Positions 1-8,937 of a stretch of 32,000 nucleotides of DNA are shown here, one piece after another. The notes beneath the pieces were generated by a model. It saw only the letters and a list, made by a program, of their open reading frames with translations. It was not told the DNA's origin and searched no databases. This stretch comes from Pasteurella multocida. GTDB taxonomy: Bacteria > Pseudomonadota > Gammaproteobacteria > Enterobacterales > Pasteurellaceae. The position numbers were made by a program, and so were the translations under genes. Location: positions 1,770,001-1,802,000 of the forward strand of contig NZ_LT906458.1 in NCBI RefSeq assembly GCF_900187275.1, written 5' to 3'. The first letter of the stretch is position 1; each line of letters starts with the position of its first letter.

Positions 1-1
1 G

Positions 2-430
2 ACCGCACTTGAACACACTCAACATGCGCCGATAATCCGTTGTCGGATTGATTACAATCAGCAAGACTGTGACGTGCATTATTTTCCCTATCAACGCAAA
101 ATTTACCGCACTTTTCAGCCTGTCATTTGCGATGAAATTAACTATGATCTGAAATATGCTGATCGGGCATTATTAAATCAGTTATTTGCTCAGCGTAGGG
201 ATTGTGATGAGATTATGATTATCAAACACGGCAAGGTGACGGATTGCAGTATTGGTAATCTGGTGTTTCGCCAAGGTGAGCAATGGTTCACGCCAGATAG
301 CCCGTTATTTTACGGCACACAACGAGCCTGGTTATTACAACAAGGCAAAATTCAAGCCCGTTCCATCTTATTGCAAGAGATCGCACAATTTGAAGAAATT
401 CGGTTAATTAATGCACTAAATCCGCTGTAA
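2..430 (+). CDS. Aminotransferase class IV-like protein (aminodeoxychorismate lyase/branched-chain aminotransferase-like), 5' end outside window
   Basis: Frame is open from base 2 (TALEHTQHAPIIRCRIDYNQQDCDVHYFPYQRK...) into the 74..430 ORF; C-terminal pattern IMIIKHGKVTDCSIGNLVFRQGEQWFTPDSPLFYGTQRAWLL resembles the fold-type IV 'T..S.N.....G...TP......G..R' pattern. Confidence 0.7.
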   Translation, partial: TALEHTQHAPIIRCRIDYNQQDCDVHYFPYQRKIYRTFQPVICDEINYDLKYADRALLNQLFAQRRDCDEIMIIKHGKVTDCSIGNLVFRQGEQWFTPDSPLFYGTQRAWLLQQGKIQARSILLQEIAQFEEIRLINALNPL

Positions 431-492
431 ATTTTCCTTGAACAGCGTAAAATAAAACAACTTTTTCAGTCAGATAAAAGGAGATAAACGAC

Positions 493-882
493 ATGACGAA
501 AGTAATTCATACTGACAATGCACCAGCCGCCATTGGTCCTTATGTACAAGCGGTAGATTTAGGTAATATGCTGTTAACCTCTGGGCAAATTCCAGTGAAT
601 CCAAAAACCGGTGAAGTGCCAGCGGATATCGTAGCACAAGCACGTCAATCGTTAGAAAACGTGAAAGCGATTGTGGAACAAGCGGGATTACAAGTCGCAA
701 ATATCGTGAAAACCACGGTGTTTGTGAAAGATTTAAATGACTTTGCAGCGGTCAATGCGGAGTATGAACGTTTCTTTAAAGAGAACAATCACCCTAGCTT
801 CCCTGCTCGTTCATGTGTGGAAGTGGCACGTTTGCCGAAAGATGTGGGGATTGAAATCGAGGCAATCGCTGTAAAAGCCTAA
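493..882 (+). CDS. ridA: RidA family reactive intermediate/imine deaminase
   Basis: 129 aa; MTKVIHTDNAPAAIGPYVQAVDLGNMLLTSGQIPVNPKTGEVP...ARSCVEVARLPKDVGIEIEAIA is characteristic of RidA/YjgF; RBS aaggag upstream. Confidence 0.95.
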   Translation: MTKVIHTDNAPAAIGPYVQAVDLGNMLLTSGQIPVNPKTGEVPADIVAQARQSLENVKAIVEQAGLQVANIVKTTVFVKDLNDFAAVNAEYERFFKENNHPSFPARSCVEVARLPKDVGIEIEAIAVKA

Positions 883-969
883 TGAATAGCTTGCATTTAT
901 CTTAGTCGTAGCAAAACAATCTCTTTTCACTTGCTCTCTTCAAAGCAAGTTGATAAGTGATTTTTATTG

Positions 970-1001
970 GGCGTTTTTCTATTGATAGCCAAAAACGCCC
1001 T
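970..1001. terminator. Hairpin, probable terminator
   Basis: GGGCGTTTTT (970-979) pairs with AAAAACGCCC (992-1001), located after ridA. Confidence 0.6.
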
Positions 1002-1021
1002 TTACTGATAGAGAATAAACT

Positions 1022-1366
1022 ATGCAAAATCAAGTCATCGAGATTCTACAATACCGTTTAAAACCACAATCAGGACAAACGTTTCACCAAATTATGCGTG
1101 AGATCAGTGTTCCACTCCATAAACAACATGGGATTGATGTCATTGCGTATGGAAATTCATTACATGATATTGACAGCTATTATTTAATCCGTGCATTTGA
1201 GACAGAAACCAAATTGCAACAGCAGCTCGATGCTTTTTATGCCAGTGATGATTGGCGTGATGGACCAAGAGAAAGTATCATTCGCCTGATTGAAAGCAGT
1301 TTAAAATCGGTGATCATGCTCCCGACACAGGCAATCCATGCACTACGCAACCATTATCCTCAATAA
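1022..1366 (+). CDS. NIPSNAP-like small protein
   Basis: 114 aa ORF; VIEILQYRLKPQSGQTFHQIM...LIRAFETETKLQQQLDAFYASDDWRDGPRESI resembles NIPSNAP-type ferredoxin-like proteins. Confidence 0.65.
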   Translation: MQNQVIEILQYRLKPQSGQTFHQIMREISVPLHKQHGIDVIAYGNSLHDIDSYYLIRAFETETKLQQQLDAFYASDDWRDGPRESIIRLIESSLKSVIMLPTQAIHALRNHYPQ

Positions 1367-1374
1367 AATCAACA

Positions 1375-1395
1375 ACCGCACCCAATCAGTGCGGT
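1375..1395. terminator. USS-like inverted pair forming terminator hairpin
   Basis: ACCGCAC (1375-1381) / GTGCGGT (1389-1395), 7-nt loop, followed by a T-rich run. Confidence 0.6.
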
Positions 1396-1418
1396 CATTT
1401 TTTCTTACTTTTTCAGTG

Positions 1419-3371
1419 CTAAGGGAAAAACAACGATAGTGGACGTTGTTTAATCAATTTCCAAACACATTGCGCGATATCACACCAACTCTCAATTTCT
1501 GTTTCTAAAGAACGCAGCGCAACCCATAACGCGATAAAGAAACTGACAATCAAATTCACCATACCAATCAATAACACGAACACTAAACCTTGTAAGAACA
1601 TCTGCCAAGTAAACGCGCCACTGATCGCCATATAGCCCAAATTCGCAGAAGAAAACGCCACATGGCGAATATCTAACGGTAAATTAAGCAAATACCCGAC
1701 TAACCCCGTTAAACCAAGCAATAAACCAAAACACAGATTTCCCATAATCGAACCGTAATTATCATGCCAGTATTCTGCAAATTTGTAGCGCATATTACGG
1801 GTCAACAGACGGCGTAAAATAGGGTGATTTCTTAGTCGCATTTTTAAGTTCAAATAATTACTACGATTATCAAAATAACCAGAAATAATCCCAGAAAAGA
1901 ATAACCAGAAACCCGCAATGGCGGCAAACCATAAGGACCCTTTCATCGGATCAAGGGATTTTTGTTGGTAGGCAATCTCCGCGTCACTCAATAAAGGTGT
2001 ACCAACATAATGTTGATAGCCTAGCGCAAGCAAACAAGCCACAGAAATCGCTAAAGTGACATTACCCAAGACTGCCACTGTTTGCGAGCGAAACACATCG
2101 ATCAGCAGTTGAGCTAATTGCAGATTAACGGATTTGCCTTGTCCATTATCCACCGTTTCTGCAAAACGTGCTGCAGTCATTGCGGGCTGTTTGGTCGCCA
2201 CAGTACAATGCAACATAAAAATCAAGGTAAAACCAATACCGTAATTCAGCCCTTCAGCAATACCTCGCCAGACACGATCTTCAATCAGATCACCTAAATA
2301 CAGTTTAAATAACGCCATTAAGGCAATTAAAATGCCCCCACCCGCCGCTGAAAAAAACATATTACGGTATTCTTTTGCATCGCGTGTAATATAATGTTCA
2401 CCGTGATCACTTTTATTCTGGGTAATACTGCGCGCGAGCATTTTGACACTTTGTTTCCATAAATCCACTGCACTGTGCGTTTGTGCCGATGCCACGGCTA
2501 ATTCACCGCTAAACATCAAAATACGTCGTGGCGGAAGCTGATCCTGTTGAAAGAGATCCATCAGTGTAGCTAAACGATCGAGCGTTTGATCTAAACGGGT
2601 TAATAAATGGGCAACACCGAGGGTGGATCCTGCACTTGAACCACGCTTATGTAAGCGATCGATTTGCTCACGACATTGTGTAAACATCACTTGTAAATGT
2701 GCATCATCATAATGACAGTGTTGACGACGTGCGCTGACCCAGTGTGATACTTCGCGTTGTAATGCGACGAAAGGCGAATCGGCATCCAATAACGAAGGAT
2801 CTAAGCGCATCAATTCAGGCTCTAATTCTTCCGCCGCAATCCAAATAGCAAGCATTTCAATGGCGAACAAGCCCTCATAACGCAAATGGTTATGCACATT
2901 TTCCCGATCACGGTCCGTACAGTGCTGTTGTAATACGTCCAATAACCTCACCCAGTCTTGAATGGCGACTGCTTGTAACCAGTCGGCATCCTTTTCTTCA
3001 CAAAAGAGGACAAAGAAAATATCACGTAAATCGTTTAAATCTTTGAAAGAGGGGTTTAATCGTTCATATAAACGTTTTTGAATTTCGCGTCCAAAGCCTT
3101 CTCTGCCTAAAATCCCACAACTAATAAACAGGGGATATAAACGAAGTTGGCAAATCCATTGACACAAAAGACTGGCGGTTTTCTGCGCCAATACCTTGTC
3201 ATCATAAAATAGTTGCGTGATGTAATGAAAACGTTGTGCTGCCTCTTTTTTACCTCCGGCACGCATCCACTGACAAGCGGCATTTAACAAAGTAAAGGCA
3301 TTTTGTTGCTCAATCTGTGTGGTCAAAAAAGGGAGAATATTGTTTTCGTCTAAAGGGTATTTTTCGATCAT
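1419..3371 (-). CDS. PF10136-type 'site-specific recombinase' family multi-TM membrane protein
   Basis: Long ORF (1419..3440, 673 aa); likely start at internal Met MIEKYPLDENN (about 3371). Long soluble N-terminal region followed by several TM segments; sequence resembles the 'site-specific recombinase Gcr' family. Confidence 0.7.
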   Translation of the reverse strand: MIEKYPLDENNILPFLTTQIEQQNAFTLLNAACQWMRAGGKKEAAQRFHYITQLFYDDKVLAQKTASLLCQWICQLRLYPLFISCGILGREGFGREIQKRLYERLNPSFKDLNDLRDIFFVLFCEEKDADWLQAVAIQDWVRLLDVLQQHCTDRDRENVHNHLRYEGLFAIEMLAIWIAAEELEPELMRLDPSLLDADSPFVALQREVSHWVSARRQHCHYDDAHLQVMFTQCREQIDRLHKRGSSAGSTLGVAHLLTRLDQTLDRLATLMDLFQQDQLPPRRILMFSGELAVASAQTHSAVDLWKQSVKMLARSITQNKSDHGEHYITRDAKEYRNMFFSAAGGGILIALMALFKLYLGDLIEDRVWRGIAEGLNYGIGFTLIFMLHCTVATKQPAMTAARFAETVDNGQGKSVNLQLAQLLIDVFRSQTVAVLGNVTLAISVACLLALGYQHYVGTPLLSDAEIAYQQKSLDPMKGSLWFAAIAGFWLFFSGIISGYFDNRSNYLNLKMRLRNHPILRRLLTRNMRYKFAEYWHDNYGSIMGNLCFGLLLGLTGLVGYLLNLPLDIRHVAFSSANLGYMAISGAFTWQMFLQGLVFVLLIGMVNLIVSFFIALWVALRSLETEIESWCDIAQCVWKLIKQRPLSLFFP

Positions 3372-3694
3372 ATATAGGATATAACAGTAAACAATGTGAT
3401 TTTTGTTTGAGCATAATAAGGGAATCATTAAAAAAAACAAAGTTGTAGATGCCTATTATGTATAAAAAGTGCCATTTTATTGCATGTAAATCAAACACAC
3501 CTGTTACTGACGCTTCGCGACTTTAATTGAAAAAAATCGCATTCATTACGCAATAAACCGGCTGAATACAACAGAATTCTGTCAATATACCGCGAATTAT
3601 GGCTTTTTATTTGCGCTATTCAACGACTTATAAAAACATTAAAATGAGGTGATTTTGTGTTACTTGTTTATTTAAAGGAAGGGAAGGAAATAAC

Positions 3695-5434
3695 ATGAAT
3701 ATCATACAATCGTTCACGCACAGATTAAGCGATTTAATCAAACAATACCCTCTCGCGATGTCGTTTATTTTCATCAGTACGGCATTTATTCCGTGGATAC
3801 AAGATGAAAGTATTTCCCGAGATATGATTGTCGTTTTATTGCTACCGATCTATTTCTCCACGGTGTTACTGCTAAACAAGCGCAAATACGCGAATGGGCT
3901 TGCTATTGCTTATGCCATTCTTATTACGCTTGCCTTTTATTTTGCTGAGCGACCTATCTATGATAATGACGCTTATTGGGGACTATTGCTCATTCATTTT
4001 GTGCTGTTTGTTACCTATCCACTGGCAAAAGAGAACCGACTTTTTGTGTATAACACGGTGTCACGTTTGACTCAACTTGCCCTGGCTATTGTGTTAGCAG
4101 GCATCATTTGTATATGTGCTGTATTGGTTTTGAACAGTATAGAATACTTGTTTAATATCAATCTATTAAGCTACCGTATCGTGCCGAAAACGCTCCTTTT
4201 TATCATGTGCTTTTTTACACCGGTTTTCTTTCTGATTTTTGAACAGCGCTTAGCCCAAAACTTTCAAGGTGAACGGTTTCATTATGTGATCGAATTGATC
4301 GTCAACTTTATTTTTTCACCGGTTGTTATCCTTTATACCCTGATCGTGTACCTGTATTTGGCTAAAATTCTGTTTTATTTCGAACTACCGAAAGGTGGTG
4401 TGGCGTATATTATCATGCCATACATCGCGTTAGGCTTATGTTGTCAAGGACTACGCTTACTGCTGATTGACGCAAAATGGACAGGATTCTATCGCGTTTT
4501 TGCTTATCTCTCTATTGCGCCACTGGTTTTACTTTGGGTAGGCATCCACACGCGTATTACCACTTATGGTTTAACCGAAATCCGCGTTATGCTTGTCGTG
4601 CTCGCCAGTATGATGACCTTGTTTATTTTATTTTCCATGACGCAGCGCTTGCAACAATATCGCTTATTTAGCCTTACTGCCTGCTTGCTTCTTTTTATCA
4701 GCACAATACTCACCTCTCCCTATTATTTGGCACAGCAACATCAATTAGCACGTTTTGAACGGTTGCTCAGTGAACTGAATATCTTGGATGAACAGCAACA
4801 AATTAGCGCAACCATCTTTGACAGTCAGTTCGCTAAACAACTGAGCAGTGAACAAGTCGAAAAATATAAACAATTAGAAGAAATTATTGGGGGGTATATC
4901 AAGACCAATCCAGCGGCTGTCGCCAAATATGGTCAAGAAAAACTCAATTATTTACATGGTTTTTACTACAACCAGATTATTTATAATACGCCATATCAAG
5001 ATGAAGATGTCTCGATCACCTTTTATGCTTACGATACTCGTAGACAGGATAACTATACCATTGATATCGCACCTTATCAGACACTACATTTGATTAACGG
5101 CTATGTTAATAGTGGCGATCCAAATGAGCTTGAGACACAGACACAAGAGACATCCACTCTATTTCAACGTCAATTTGATCTGATTGATAAGCATAACAAG
5201 TACAGTTTTGATGAACACTATTTTGTCGAGGTTTTTAAAGCAGCAGGCTTAGATATTCACCAAAAATATTCACAAGATACGTTACTGCCATTAGCCAAGC
5301 AACTAACCCAAGTACCCACAAGGGAAGGAGGATTGCTCATTTTTCGTGACATGGATTTCAAATATGAAGTCCATGGTGACATAAAAGGCTATGTTTATCA
5401 GGGTGGTTATATTGAGTTTTATCTCGCCCCATAA
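3695..5434 (+). CDS. DUF4153 domain-containing multi-TM membrane protein
   Basis: 579 aa, about 10 hydrophobic segments then a soluble C-terminal domain; RBS-like ggaagg upstream; resembles DUF4153 proteins. Confidence 0.7.
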   Translation: MNIIQSFTHRLSDLIKQYPLAMSFIFISTAFIPWIQDESISRDMIVVLLLPIYFSTVLLLNKRKYANGLAIAYAILITLAFYFAERPIYDNDAYWGLLLIHFVLFVTYPLAKENRLFVYNTVSRLTQLALAIVLAGIICICAVLVLNSIEYLFNINLLSYRIVPKTLLFIMCFFTPVFFLIFEQRLAQNFQGERFHYVIELIVNFIFSPVVILYTLIVYLYLAKILFYFELPKGGVAYIIMPYIALGLCCQGLRLLLIDAKWTGFYRVFAYLSIAPLVLLWVGIHTRITTYGLTEIRVMLVVLASMMTLFILFSMTQRLQQYRLFSLTACLLLFISTILTSPYYLAQQHQLARFERLLSELNILDEQQQISATIFDSQFAKQLSSEQVEKYKQLEEIIGGYIKTNPAAVAKYGQEKLNYLHGFYYNQIIYNTPYQDEDVSITFYAYDTRRQDNYTIDIAPYQTLHLINGYVNSGDPNELETQTQETSTLFQRQFDLIDKHNKYSFDEHYFVEVFKAAGLDIHQKYSQDTLLPLAKQLTQVPTREGGLLIFRDMDFKYEVHGDIKGYVYQGGYIEFYLAP

Positions 5435-5444
5435 CATCACAAAA

Positions 5445-5486
5445 AAGTGCGGTCTATTTTACTAACATTTTGTCAAAATAGACCGC
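5445..5486. terminator. Bidirectional terminator hairpin with embedded USS
   Basis: GCGGTCTATTTT (5449-5460) pairs with AAAATAGACCGC (5475-5486) between convergent genes; AAGTGCGGT at 5445-5453. Confidence 0.8.
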
Positions 5487-5525
5487 GCGTTAAAACAACT
5501 TTACCTATGACGTGTATTGGTCACA

Positions 5526-6023
5526 CTACACATCATAAGTGCCCATGATGACGGCTTGATCCAAAATATGCCCTTGCATCGCAAAATGCAGGTCGTTAAA
5601 ACGAAAACCTGCGCTGAGATCCAACTTACAATCTAATGCATATACGATGAGTTCATAACGATGTAAGCAGTTAGGTGGTGCCATACCCCCATAAAAAGAG
5701 GCTTCTGCAATATCAAATTTACCCAACACACTTGCCCAAGAATTTGCCCCTTGCACATAATCCGTTGCGGTTAAACTTTCGTTTTCTTGCACAGAAGTAC
5801 GTTTTAAATTTGCGATTAACCAATGAATCCAGACAAACCCACTAGCCGTAATCGCATCTTTATCTTCCAATACCACCGCAAAAGATTTCGTGCCTACGGG
5901 CACCTCGCTAATGTCAAAAGGAATCGAATAGGTCGGCATTCCATTTGGGCTAAATTGCTTGCCTCGTTTGCCGTATTTGTCTTCAAATGCACCATTTTTA
6001 ATGGCTGAACTGGTCACTTTCAT
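5526..6023 (-). CDS. YbhB/YbcL family Raf kinase inhibitor-like (PEBP) protein
   Basis: MKVTSSAIKNGAFEDKYGKRG...SFAVVLEDKDA...FVWIHWLIANL...YGGMAPPNCLHRYELIVYALD; start placed at 6023 behind GGAGG rather than at 6038. Confidence 0.9.
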   Translation of the reverse strand: MKVTSSAIKNGAFEDKYGKRGKQFSPNGMPTYSIPFDISEVPVGTKSFAVVLEDKDAITASGFVWIHWLIANLKRTSVQENESLTATDYVQGANSWASVLGKFDIAEASFYGGMAPPNCLHRYELIVYALDCKLDLSAGFRFNDLHFAMQGHILDQAVIMGTYDV

Positions 6024-6072
6024 CACTTCCTCCTTCATTCATGGTTAAAATATCAACATCTTTTGACAAAAA

Positions 6073-6460
<388 letters not shown>

Positions 6461-6607
6461 GCTTTCCTTAAGGAGAGTATATAACTTAAAAGTGCGTACT
6501 TGTTTCGCGAAAACATCACATATATAATGACATTCTGTTTGGTAACATAACAAAAATAACCTTATTTTGTCATCTTACCTAATTAATCCATTTATTCGGA
6601 GATAAAT
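6461..6607. promoter_or_regulatory. Divergent intergenic region between the HxlR regulator and NAD(P)H oxidoreductase
   Basis: 147 bp AT-rich region between divergent starts; typical location for HxlR operators. No operator assigned. Confidence 0.5.
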
Positions 6608-7150
6608 ATGTCAACTATTTTACTTTTTAATGCAAGCAATAGCTCTCGCTCTATCCACCAAAATCTCTTAAACGCTATTGCCCCTTTATTATCCACCCAC
6701 CAACTGTGTTATGCGTCAAGTCTCGATTTTGATTTACCTTTTTATAGTGAAGATGCGGAAAACGAGCAAGGTTATCCACAAGCAGCAAAAGATTTTGTGG
6801 CACTCTTACACAAACATGACGCCGTTATTTTAGCCTGTCCAGAGCATAATGGCGCACCACCAGCTATTTTCAAAAATTTATACGACTGGGGAACACGTGC
6901 AGCAAAAGCAGAAGAGTCCACTCTATTTAATCAACGTAAGCTACTGATCTTAACCACTTCAGGTGGTGAACGTGGCGGACTCACAGTACAAACCTATTTA
7001 AAAAATATCACGCCATTTCATGGTGCAACGGTGGTTGGCGCTTATAGCATAGGAAAATATTACGACAACTTTGTTGATGGTCAACCAACACCAGCAGCTA
7101 ATCAAATTCTACAAGCTGCGGCAGATGACTTACAACAAGCCTTAGCCTAG
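6608..7150 (+). CDS. NAD(P)H-dependent oxidoreductase (NADPH-dependent FMN reductase family)
   Basis: 180 aa; LFNASNSSRSIHQNLLNAIAP..., ACPEHNGAPPAIFKNLYDWGTR, flavodoxin-like fold motifs; RBS ggagat. Confidence 0.88.
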   Translation: MSTILLFNASNSSRSIHQNLLNAIAPLLSTHQLCYASSLDFDLPFYSEDAENEQGYPQAAKDFVALLHKHDAVILACPEHNGAPPAIFKNLYDWGTRAAKAEESTLFNQRKLLILTTSGGERGGLTVQTYLKNITPFHGATVVGAYSIGKYYDNFVDGQPTPAANQILQAAADDLQQALA

Positions 7151-7199
7151 GTTTTTCAAACTACACAAATTGCTACTATTTTGTGTGAGAAAGCAAAAA

Positions 7200-7240
7200 G
7201 TGCGGTCTGTTTGTTAAAAATTTTAAAAAACAGACCGCAC
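7200..7240. terminator. Bidirectional terminator hairpin overlapping a USS
   Basis: GTGCGGTCTGTTT (7200-7212) pairs with AAACAGACCGCAC (7228-7240); USS at 7198-7206; between convergent genes. Confidence 0.85.
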
Positions 7241-7278
7241 ATAAGTTTGGGTGATCGAGAATCGTTTATCCAGAAAAT

Positions 7279-8937
7279 TTATGACATACGCCCATTTTCA
7301 ATCTGAATCACTTGATCACAAATCGCCATGGTCGAAGCACGATGGCTGACTAACACAATCAATTTTTCTGCTTTCACCGTTAACAACGATTGCAAAATAA
7401 TCGCTTCGTTTAAGCTGTCTAAATTACTGGTTGGCTCATCGAGTAAGATAATCGGGGCATTGTGTAAGAATGCACGTGCAATACCGATACGTTGTTTCTC
7501 CCCGTCGGACAAATTACTACCAAGCTCATTGATTTGGGTGTCATAACCTTCCGGAAGACTCATGATAAAGTCATGAATCGAGGCTTTTTTTGCCGCTTCG
7601 ATCACCTGTGCTTTGCTAGCAGTACGATTTGCCATCAAAATATTTTCATAGATGGTTTCGTTGAAAATATAGGTTTGTTGGGTGATGTAAGCGATATGAT
7701 CACGCAAACTGAGGGTATTAATCTGCTTCAGATCAGTACCGTTGATGCGGATTACGCCCGTTTGTGGATCATAAAAACGCATCATCAGTTTTAACAATGT
7801 GCTTTTACCACTCCCACTACGACCATGAATCCCGAGAATTTGTCCTTTTTGTAAGCGTAAATGGAGATTTGACAGGATCTGTTCATCTGCATAAGCAAAG
7901 CTTAAATTTTCGACTTCTATGTTTTCAACATCTTGCAAATCCACGCCTTTCACCACGTCTTTGAGATGCGGTTCTTCACTGAGTAAGCCTAGCACACGCT
8001 CACCACTGGCGAGAGTTTGTAGTAGGTTATTTGACAAGTTACTCAACGCAATCACCGGACCATAACTCGACATCAATAAAATCACCGCAATTAATAGCCC
8101 AGCAAAGTTAACTTGTTGATTTAAATAGAGGGTAACACCCGTCATTAACATCAGAATATTAAATGCAGAAACAGCAATTTCTGTGTAAGCACGCACTTTA
8201 CCTTCTTGTTGTTTGATTTTTAAGAAAGCTTTATCAATTTGCTCACTGCGTTGATGAATGCCGGCTAAGCGTTCCTGCTCATTGCCAAACAGTTGTAACT
8301 CTTTCATGCCTCGTACGCTATCGAGGAAATAATCGTTCATTTCACCCACCAGTTCACGATACACTCGCCCGTCTTCTCGTGCCATTTTAGTGGTGAAAAT
8401 CGGTAAAATCACACCAATGGTGAGATACGCCAATAAGCCAATTAAGGTGAACCAAGGTGAAATATGGGCAAACACCGCCAGCAAAATGCTTGAAGTTAAA
8501 AAGGCAATCATAATCGGTGCAATAGTATGGGCATAAAACACTTCAAGCAGTTCAATATCGTTGGTAACTAACGACAGCAATTGCCCAGATTGTTTACCTT
8601 GCAGTTTTACAAAGGCTAATTTACGCAATGCGCTAAACACTTTATCACGTAAAAGGGCGAGTAATTTGAATGCAATATAATGCCCTGACATTTGCTCAAG
8701 ATAGTGCAAGATGCCACGGGCCACTGCCAAGACAATGAGTGCGGTCAAAATTTGTGAAAAACTGAGGTGTACAGGGAAATCGAGCAAGTTCACCAAGCCC
8801 ATGGCACCCAATACCATAATAAAGATTGCGGCTAAAAAGCCAAGTACACCCATGATAATGGTAAACGCCATAATATGTGCGAGAGGGGTGACTAACTTCA
8901 ATAATTGCCACATAATCACAAAACCATTCTTACGCAT
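7279..8937 (-). CDS. ABC exporter permease/ATPase subunit, CydC-like
   Basis: 552 aa; TM domain plus NBD: Walker A GRSGSGKST, signature LSDGEKQRIGIARA, Walker B IILLDEPTSNLD. Overlaps the partner subunit by 8 bp. Confidence 0.85.
   Translation of the reverse strand: MRKNGFVIMWQLLKLVTPLAHIMAFTIIMGVLGFLAAIFIMVLGAMGLVNLLDFPVHLSFSQILTALIVLAVARGILHYLEQMSGHYIAFKLLALLRDKVFSALRKLAFVKLQGKQSGQLLSLVTNDIELLEVFYAHTIAPIMIAFLTSSILLAVFAHISPWFTLIGLLAYLTIGVILPIFTTKMAREDGRVYRELVGEMNDYFLDSVRGMKELQLFGNEQERLAGIHQRSEQIDKAFLKIKQQEGKVRAYTEIAVSAFNILMLMTGVTLYLNQQVNFAGLLIAVILLMSSYGPVIALSNLSNNLLQTLASGERVLGLLSEEPHLKDVVKGVDLQDVENIEVENLSFAYADEQILSNLHLRLQKGQILGIHGRSGSGKSTLLKLMMRFYDPQTGVIRINGTDLKQINTLSLRDHIAYITQQTYIFNETIYENILMANRTASKAQVIEAAKKASIHDFIMSLPEGYDTQINELGSNLSDGEKQRIGIARAFLHNAPIILLDEPTSNLDSLNEAIILQSLLTVKAEKLIVLVSHRASTMAICDQVIQIENGRMS

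Noticed and set aside
470-700. Minus-strand ORF opposite ridA, and other short shadow ORFs (4477..4671, 16476..16676, 17392..17715, 22132..22332, 27184..27438, 30824..31072, 31698..31943)
   Set aside because: All overlap confident genes in another frame with no homology signal or RBS.
1419-3440. Interpretation of the PF10136-like gene as a mobile element or true DNA recombinase
   Set aside because: Encoded protein is a multi-TM membrane protein without recombinase catalytic motifs; no attachment sites or repeats flank it.
6541-6563. GGTAACATAACAAAAATAACC as an HxlR operator
   Set aside because: Only a weak inverted symmetry (GGT...ACC) in AT-rich DNA; not enough to call an operator without binding data or conservation.
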